Assembly (NCBI GenBank): GCA_041661265.1
Contig: JBAZUT010000001.1
Coordinates: forward strand, 129,854-193,853
Origin: Minisyncoccota bacterium
Lineage (GTDB): Bacteria; Patescibacteriota; Minisyncoccia; JAHIHE01; JAGLIN01
Direction: 5' to 3'
DNA length: 64,000 nt
Part shown: piece after piece, positions 58,501 through 64,000 of the stretch
How positions within the stretch are numbered: position 1 is the stretch's first letter
Layout of the letters: each line of letters opens with the position of its first letter
The notes under the pieces: model-generated
The model's database searches: none
Told to the model about the DNA's origin: nothing
The model's input: only the letters and a program-made list of their open reading frames with translations
Translations under genes and position numbers: made by a program

Positions 58501-59615
58501 AATATGCTTGAAACCACATAAGTTATGATCTGATCATAGCTTCCCGCCTGGGTCGCCGTAGAAATCGCAGTTTCGTGAGTGATCAAGGTCGTGCCATCGG
58601 TATCTCCCGTTCCCAGCATGTCGACATCCTGAGTTCCGTTGGAAGAGAAGATGACATCCATATTGGGTTCTCCAACGGGAATGGGAGTGTCGTCGTCGTC
58701 GAACGGCGATTGCTCAGTCCAGGTCGTAGCCGTTCCAGCTGCTCCGGCATTGGTTGGAGAAGCGACAGTAATTCCGTGGCCCTCGGTTCCGGCAGAAACC
58801 GTCCCATTTTCCGCGATATCGTCTATGTCGATGGAAGCAGAAGCTTGATTAAGCTGATCATCCGCCCAAAGTCCCACCTGAAATCCCGCAGATGTGCTTG
58901 CGCCGATCTTCAGTCTATACGAGCAGGAAGAAACAGAAGACGTGCTCAAGGTTCCCAGGGCGCAGGCATTGGTGTCGGCAGTTTCAGCTGAGTTTCGGAT
59001 GGCAAAGGTCAATGTTCCGGGAACTTCAGCGCTAACAGTAACTTGATCATCATCGACTGTCGTTGTGATTGGAACATACAAGGTGCCCGTTCCGCCAAAA
59101 GTCCCGCTTGTTACTATACTATAAGTTCCCCCAGCTGTCGGAGTGATCGGCTGCTTATCAGCTGCTGCGGCTACATTCGTTCCAATTTTTATTGTTATCA
59201 CCGATCCGGAAGCAATAGAAACCGGGGTCGCGGCAGGCTGAGTAAAAGTTATTGCCGAAGCTGTAACTCCAACCCCGAGAGTGGAAGCCGCCGGACTGGC
59301 AGCAAGAGCGACGTCCGCAACGTCATCTATGAAATCAATGTCGGAAAAGTCCAGATCATTTCCGCTGCCATTTATATCGAAATCGCTTTGGTAGGTTATG
59401 ATCATTGTCTGATCGGCAGAACTGAATGCGTCATTTATGGTAAAGGTAAGAATTTGGCTGTGATTCTCGCTTGGACCGATCCTTGAAAGCTGGATCTGCG
59501 CCGAAGAGATCACCGCTCCTTTTGCCGTCTGAATCGGAGATGAAATAATGTTCATCGCAAAAATCAGCACGAAAATCATGGCCGAAGCAATGATTTTTTT
59601 TGTTTTATGATGCAT
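58497..59615 (-). CDS. Secreted WxL-like surface protein
   Basis: Signal peptide; QVTVSAEV..LTFAI; C-terminal AGSYDQIITY resembling the WxL terminal strand. Confidence 0.65.
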   Translation of the reverse strand: MHHKTKKIIASAMIFVLIFAMNIISSPIQTAKGAVISSAQIQLSRIGPSENHSQILTFTINDAFSSADQTMIITYQSDFDINGSGNDLDFSDIDFIDDVADVALAASPAASTLGVGVTASAITFTQPAATPVSIASGSVITIKIGTNVAAAADKQPITPTAGGTYSIVTSGTFGGTGTLYVPITTTVDDDQVTVSAEVPGTLTFAIRNSAETADTNACALGTLSTSSVSSCSYRLKIGASTSAGFQVGLWADDQLNQASASIDIDDIAENGTVSAGTEGHGITVASPTNAGAAGTATTWTEQSPFDDDDTPIPVGEPNMDVIFSSNGTQDVDMLGTGDTDGTTLITHETAISTATQAGSYDQIITYVVSSIL

Positions 59616-60160
59616 GTTGATTGATCAATGATTTATTATATCTTTTATAATATGCTTGAAACCACATAAGTTATGATCTGATCATAGCTTCCCGCCTGGG
59701 TCGCCGTAGAAATCGCAGTTTCGTGAGTGATCAAGGTCGTGCCATCGGTATCTCCCGTTCCCAGCATGTCGACATCCTGAGTTCCGTTGGAAGAGAAGAT
59801 GACATCCATATTGGGTTCTCCAACGGGAATGGGAGTGTCGTCGTCGTCGAACGGCGATTGCTCAGTCCAGGTCGTAGCCGTTCCAGCTGCTCCGGCATTG
59901 GTTGGAGAAGCGACAGTAATTCCGTGGCCCTCGGTTCCGGCAGAAACCGTCCCATTTTCCGCGATATCGTCTATGTCGATGGAAGCAGAAGCTTGATTAA
60001 GCTGATCATCCGCCCAAAGTCCCACCTGAAATCCCGCAGATGTGCTTGCGCCGATCTTCAGTCTATACGAGCAGGAAGAAACAGAAGACGTGCTCAAGGT
60101 TCCCAGGGCGCAGGCATTGGTGTCGGCAGTTTCAGCTGAGTTTCGGATGGCAAAGGTCAA
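58499..60160. repeat. 514-bp apparently identical direct repeat (58499-59012 / 59647-60160)
   Basis: Identical translations in several frames of the ORF track; offset 1148. Confidence 0.92.
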
Positions 60161-60394
60161 AACCGCATCCTCTTCCATCTGCCTATATCCGGCTTTTATT
60201 GTATAATTGGCGCTATCTGATGATCCTGTTCCAACTTCACCCGCCGTATCCTTCAAGTTATAATTGGCACTTTGTCCGGAATCCACTCCGCCGATGTTGA
60301 CCGAATCCTTCTCTATTTTATAATTAGCGCTTTCCATGCTTAGTGCCTGGAAAGGTAAAATCAGGCTAAAAATTATTAAAATATATTTATTCAC
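59645..60394 (-). CDS. Secreted WxL-like surface protein (MxSxNY N-terminal type)
   Basis: MESANYKI..SANYNL..SANYTIKAGY N-term plus the same C-terminal domain as 58497-59615. Confidence 0.7.
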   Translation of the reverse strand: MNKYILIIFSLILPFQALSMESANYKIEKDSVNIGGVDSGQSANYNLKDTAGEVGTGSSDSANYTIKAGYRQMEEDAVLTFAIRNSAETADTNACALGTLSTSSVSSCSYRLKIGASTSAGFQVGLWADDQLNQASASIDIDDIAENGTVSAGTEGHGITVASPTNAGAAGTATTWTEQSPFDDDDTPIPVGEPNMDVIFSSNGTQDVDMLGTGDTDGTTLITHETAISTATQAGSYDQIITYVVSSIL

Positions 60395-60658
60395 TTTGAT
60401 CCAAATTAACTGATTTATCGATAATATCGCGTTAACTTAATTTGCGAAAATCTGACTATATTTATTCAATCTTTTGTTATATTTTAATACCGTTTAACTT
60501 TTTTGCAAAACACTTTTGTAGAACAAGTCGCGAAAAATGCAAATTTGTCAAAATATATTATCAGAATTTTATCGATCAAAATGAGACAATTAAACAAAAT
60601 AGGCCAAAACCGTGCCTATATATCCGCTTTCATATCGAATCCCCGACGCAAACTCACT

Positions 60659-61030
60659 TTATGTCAGAACTCGAAGCAAAAGCATTTCCTGGAAATATAC
60701 GAAAGCCGCAAGCATAATCCCAAAAAAGATCGTGAAAACGGTCACCTCGCTGAATGATAAATAATGAGGCTTGTAGACAATAAATCCAGGCTTCTGTGGA
60801 GCGGGTTCTTTCTTTTTATTTTCAATCCTCACCGGAACCACAAACTCGCTTTTTCCGTTCGTTCTGTCGATATATTCCCTGACCCAGTCTACTGTCGTGA
60901 CCCAATTCCTTCCGAGCTTAACGCCCTTCATTTTTTTCGTTCTGCAAAGCAAGCTGATATATTCCTGAGAATATTCGGTCATCTTTGCCGCCTTGGAAAG
61001 AGATATATATTTTATTTCTTTATCCTCCAT
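60659..61030 (-). CDS. Excisionase/HTH_17-like DNA-binding protein with a TM segment
   Basis: YISLSKAAKMTEYSQEYISLLCR..KLGRNWVT; hydrophobic C-term. Confidence 0.7.
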   Translation of the reverse strand: MEDKEIKYISLSKAAKMTEYSQEYISLLCRTKKMKGVKLGRNWVTTVDWVREYIDRTNGKSEFVVPVRIENKKKEPAPQKPGFIVYKPHYLSFSEVTVFTIFFGIMLAAFVYFQEMLLLRVLT

Positions 61031-61212
61031 AAAGATTTGGTATAAAAATAACTATAGTGGTATTTTAGCATATTTTATATATTATGACAATTGCCGATAA
61101 TTATCCGCTATGATCAGCCATATCCGGCATGCAAATCTCCTCTTATATTGATTTTAATCTGATTTTATATAGCCTCATCTCAAAAAAGTGCTGTTTGCAT
61201 TACCTGGAAATA

Positions 61213-61322
61213 TTGACAAAAGCCTTATTTTATAATATAATCCTCCGTCAGGCTGAAATACCTTCAACCTGCATTCAATGTAGATAAAGAGAAAAACAGT
61301 TCATTAAAAACACAAAAGGTGA
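61213..61322 (+). promoter_or_regulatory. Promoter + hairpin + boxA-like leader (copy 1)
   Basis: TTGACA-N17-TATAAT, CAGG..CCTG hairpin, AGTTCATTAAAAA, AAGGTGA SD. Confidence 0.6.
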
Positions 61323-61327
61323 TCGAA

Positions 61328-61414
61328 ATGGGCAAAAGAACAGAAATATTAAAAAGTGCAGATGCTACCGAATCGGAAATAAAAAAGAAAAAACATTGGT
61401 TAAAATTCTGGTAA
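61328..61414 (+). CDS. 28-aa peptide ending KKKKHWLKFW
   Basis: SD-led ORF, first in operon; not in the ORF track. Confidence 0.5.
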   Translation: MGKRTEILKSADATESEIKKKKHWLKFW

Positions 61415-61428
61415 CGGAGGAATCGTAA

Positions 61429-61827
61429 ATGTATAAAATGATGCTTTCACAGCTTACGGAAAAGAGACTGATGGAAATTTTCCTGCTCTACGACAGGATA
61501 ATCGGAGGAAGAATAAGAGACTACGCGCTCATGCAGTCCTCCCCGCCCTTTGCAACGCATTTGGCATACATTAACAAACAATTCAGCTCAGGCAACGCGG
61601 CGGAATTCTGCTACGGCTCTAATCTCAATGGCGGAGAACAGAATACCAAACTTATAGTGTGGTATGAAAGCGGTCTCTATCAGGATAAAAAACTCACTGA
61701 TAAGCTGATCCGCTTCTCCTTTGATACGCATTCGATCGATACAGAAGAGTCGAGAAATATGCGGTCAGATTTTGAAGAAGCGGCCGATAAGCTTCTCGTG
61801 AAATGGGGCGTAAACATTGATCTATAG
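61429..61827 (+). CDS. Hypothetical protein (paralog of 61854-62255)
   Basis: GGAGG SD; shared LLY..I.GG..R.YAL and GS.LNGGE.N.KL motifs. Confidence 0.75.
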   Translation: MYKMMLSQLTEKRLMEIFLLYDRIIGGRIRDYALMQSSPPFATHLAYINKQFSSGNAAEFCYGSNLNGGEQNTKLIVWYESGLYQDKKLTDKLIRFSFDTHSIDTEESRNMRSDFEEAADKLLVKWGVNIDL

Positions 61828-61853
61828 CGCAAAATATACGCCAGGAGGAAAAA

Positions 61854-62255
61854 ATGTACGGTATGAGACTTTCAGAGTTGAACGAAGAAAGACTAAGGGA
61901 CATCCTGCTTCTTTATGAAAAGATCGTCGGAGGGAATGTAAGACAATATGCCCTTCAAAGATCATCAGAGCCAATGGCATTGAGATTGGAATATATCCGC
62001 AACAATCTTTCCTGCGGATTACGCTTCGGTTCCAGTCTTAACGGAGGAGAAGATAATGCCAAACTTTTCTTCTGGCGGGAAAAACCGCTCTATGACGAGA
62101 CAACGAGAAAAAGGATCGACGAAGTCGTAAGAATCTCATTCGACCCGAATGTCGTGTCAGGCCCTGAAGCGGAAAAAATGAAAATAGACTTCGAAAAAGC
62201 GGTTGATGAACTGCTTTTGAAATGGAAAGTGAATATAGAGCTGAAAACGCGATAA
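61854..62255 (+). CDS. Hypothetical protein (paralog of 61429-61827)
   Basis: AGGAGG SD; same motifs as the upstream paralog. Confidence 0.75.
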   Translation: MYGMRLSELNEERLRDILLLYEKIVGGNVRQYALQRSSEPMALRLEYIRNNLSCGLRFGSSLNGGEDNAKLFFWREKPLYDETTRKRIDEVVRISFDPNVVSGPEAEKMKIDFEKAVDELLLKWKVNIELKTR

Positions 62256-62274
62256 AAAGCGTGAATGGAGGAAA

Positions 62275-62637
62275 ATGTCCAAAACTACAACACTTTTGTT
62301 GGCGCTTGCAATAATCGTATCGCTGAGCGGATGTACGGAATATTATTCGAAATCTTCGTATTTCAATGGCACAGTTGCCGTTGAATACCGGCAGACAAAA
62401 ACAGGGAATAGCGACGATTACCTGACGTTCAGGTTCTATGATCCGGGGACTTATGAGATCTCATTCTCTATTCCTTCCGGTAAGGCTAAGGCCAGAACGG
62501 GTCTGCTACCCGAAGATTTCAAGCAGGAAATTGAAACTGCGCCAAGAGAGATCACCATAAAACAGCATGTCTTGCCGGACCATATTCGGATAACGATAAA
62601 AAAGGATGGCCAGACAGAATCTCATGATTTCTCATAG
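62275..62637 (+). CDS. Putative lipoprotein
   Basis: Lipobox LSGC after a hydrophobic signal; GGAGG SD. Confidence 0.7.
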   Translation: MSKTTTLLLALAIIVSLSGCTEYYSKSSYFNGTVAVEYRQTKTGNSDDYLTFRFYDPGTYEISFSIPSGKAKARTGLLPEDFKQEIETAPREITIKQHVLPDHIRITIKKDGQTESHDFS

Positions 62638-62648
62638 CAATAAACAAT

Positions 62649-62680
62649 AGCGGTACAAAACATGTACCGCTCTTTTATTT
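62649..62680 (+). terminator. Intrinsic terminator
   Basis: AGCGGTACA-aaaca-TGTACCGCT followed by CTTTTATTT. Confidence 0.75.
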
Positions 62681-62719
62681 GATCTGAGTTTTTAATTGAA
62701 GAATTCGGCAAGCTTAGTG

Positions 62720-62822
62720 TTGACAAAAGATGTTTTTAGCATATAATATGCGGTCAGGCTTAACAGTTAACCGGCCTGCTTCCTGTATCAACCATAGGAA
62801 AAAGTTCATTGACAAGAGGTGA
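62720..62822 (+). promoter_or_regulatory. Promoter + hairpin + boxA-like leader (copy 2)
   Basis: TTGACA-N16-TATAAT, CAGGC..GCCTG hairpin, AGTTCATTGACAA, GAGGTGA SD. Confidence 0.6.
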
Positions 62823-62829
62823 CCAGAAA

Positions 62830-63186
62830 ATGATAAGAATAGTAATCTACGGAATGTATAAATTCAAGATGGGTGCGCAAGATTTTGCCGATCTCATAAT
62901 GGCAATAAGGGACGGAACAGTCAATCGGATCATATATACTCCCGAATTAAAGCTCAGAAGCTGGGACGTCAAATTCGCATTGCCGAAAGACGGGGAAACT
63001 CCGGCTCCTGGTGAAAGCATAGAGAGAGATATAACAGTTGATATCAGCGGCATTGCAGCACACGCTGCCGAGTTTGAAAAAGCAAAAGAAGATTCCATTA
63101 ATATGGTGATGGAAACTCTGAAGAAAGAGCTTTTAAAAACTGCCCCTGAAAAAACAATAAAGAGAAAATGGTGGCAATTCCGGTAG
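62830..63186 (+). CDS. Hypothetical protein ending KRKWWQFR
   Basis: SD before ATG 62830; basic-aromatic C-terminal tail. Confidence 0.7.
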   Translation: MIRIVIYGMYKFKMGAQDFADLIMAIRDGTVNRIIYTPELKLRSWDVKFALPKDGETPAPGESIERDITVDISGIAAHAAEFEKAKEDSINMVMETLKKELLKTAPEKTIKRKWWQFR

Positions 63187-63200
63187 GGAGGCGAGCGAAT

Positions 63201-64000
63201 ATGCATGAAACGAAAAGGTCGAATCCGGACGAAATCTTTCCCGAGATCATAACAACGAGAACCGCTCACTGTGTACATTTAATATTGGAATCCGGGGAAA
63301 CGAAACGGTTGAATTTCATCGAATGTCCTCACGGGAGCAAGGAAGACCTGGATTTCATATTTGAAGCGATGGGAAACTGTATCGGCAAGCATACGCTTTT
63401 TGTGGAACAAGGATCGCCAAAGCAGAAGGACTATTATACTGAAAGGCTCAAGAAAATAGCAGATGACCATGCGGACATCAGGAGAGACTTCCGGGAAGAA
63501 CCTTCAATATGGGAAAAGCTAATGGCCGCAAAAGACCCCTTTGCACAAGCCAGTGATTATATCATCACAAGAACGGAAGGAAGGGTCGTCAACATGGACC
63601 TTGAGGCCAACCTGTCCCAAGAAGCGATCAATTTCCTGTTCAAAGAAAGCTCCCCGGAATTCGCTTTGGAAATAATATACGACATTGTAAGACTGGCTTG
63701 TTTTGACCACCAGGAAACTATCCCGAAAATAATGAAAATTATCCTGCCACAAATTCCGGCCGAGGATGTTGATCGTGCTTGCTGGATAATATACTGGACC
63801 TATCACAGGATCGACAGACTTATGGACAGAAGCAAACTAATAAGGAAAAGGCTGAATTTTCTCAGAGAAAGATATATGAGGTCAACCTTGGAAAAATATG
63901 CATCTGACAGAGACTATGTCTTGTGCCATCCCAACCATGCCCGAGAAATAAAAAGATCAAGGGATCAAATAGCCATTCCCGAAGAGCCGAAACCTCTCTT
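63201..64000 (+). CDS. Hypothetical protein, possibly TraB/GumN/EreA-ChaN (Tiki) fold; runs off window
   Basis: GGAGG SD; frame open to the window end; motif order ECPH, FVEQ, NMD, RERYM, HPNH; not in the ORF track. Confidence 0.6.
   Translation, partial: MHETKRSNPDEIFPEIITTRTAHCVHLILESGETKRLNFIECPHGSKEDLDFIFEAMGNCIGKHTLFVEQGSPKQKDYYTERLKKIADDHADIRRDFREEPSIWEKLMAAKDPFAQASDYIITRTEGRVVNMDLEANLSQEAINFLFKESSPEFALEIIYDIVRLACFDHQETIPKIMKIILPQIPAEDVDRACWIIYWTYHRIDRLMDRSKLIRKRLNFLRERYMRSTLEKYASDRDYVLCHPNHAREIKRSRDQIAIPEEPKPL

Noticed and set aside
58499-60160. Diversity-generating retroelement TR/VR pair
   Set aside because: No adenine-specific mismatches, both copies are coding, and there is no reverse transcriptase in the window
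51167-61030. Prophage (tail-fibre-like and excisionase-like genes)
   Set aside because: Signal peptides and TM anchors are present, and there is no capsid, terminase or integrase

Overview
Bacterial window that looks like Patescibacteria/CPR (Parcubacteria-like). The evidence for this is stand-alone rpoBC with no upstream rplJL, a short TsaB, S6 with a long charged tail, a TrmB-type regulator, giant secreted proteins and heptamer repeat tracts; the taxonomy is inference. From left to right: (i) a surface-glycan locus with PMM, a HAD enzyme, an RHH-nucleotidyltransferase fusion, GtrA, a nucleotidyltransferase-cupin and a 1.6 kaa four-module GT2-GT2-flippase-GT4 fusion. The fusion gene is preceded by a structured leader RNA carrying a duplicated 11-nt motif and a terminator. 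(ii) ychF followed by an ~7 kb cassette-like accessory array punctuated by REP-like palindromes and partial gene duplications (hicB, a hicA'-ychF' chimera, mrr with an in-frame TGA, GDCCVxC, LMW-PTP, a metallophosphoesterase, cupin/prenyltransferase/TrmB, a P-loop kinase, NUDIX). (iii) Core genes rpsF-ssb-rpsR, recA, rodZ-like and ftsK. (iv) A 3031-aa surface protein with a ZU5-like HFS motif, two paralogous ~50-aa peptides and rpoBC with an attenuator-like leader. (v) An output-less 6xPAS protein with an XRE gene and a divergent zinc-ribbon gene. (vi) A surface-structure cluster (O-antigen-ligase-like/TPR, S74 fibre protein, FN3, DUF916-like, two WxL-like proteins sharing an identical 514-bp block) interrupted by a REP-flanked GIY-YIG gene. 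(vii) Hypothetical operons with duplicated promoter/hairpin/boxA-like leaders. No rRNA, tRNA, CRISPR array or integrase was recognised. All family calls come from reading motifs by eye, not from database searches.
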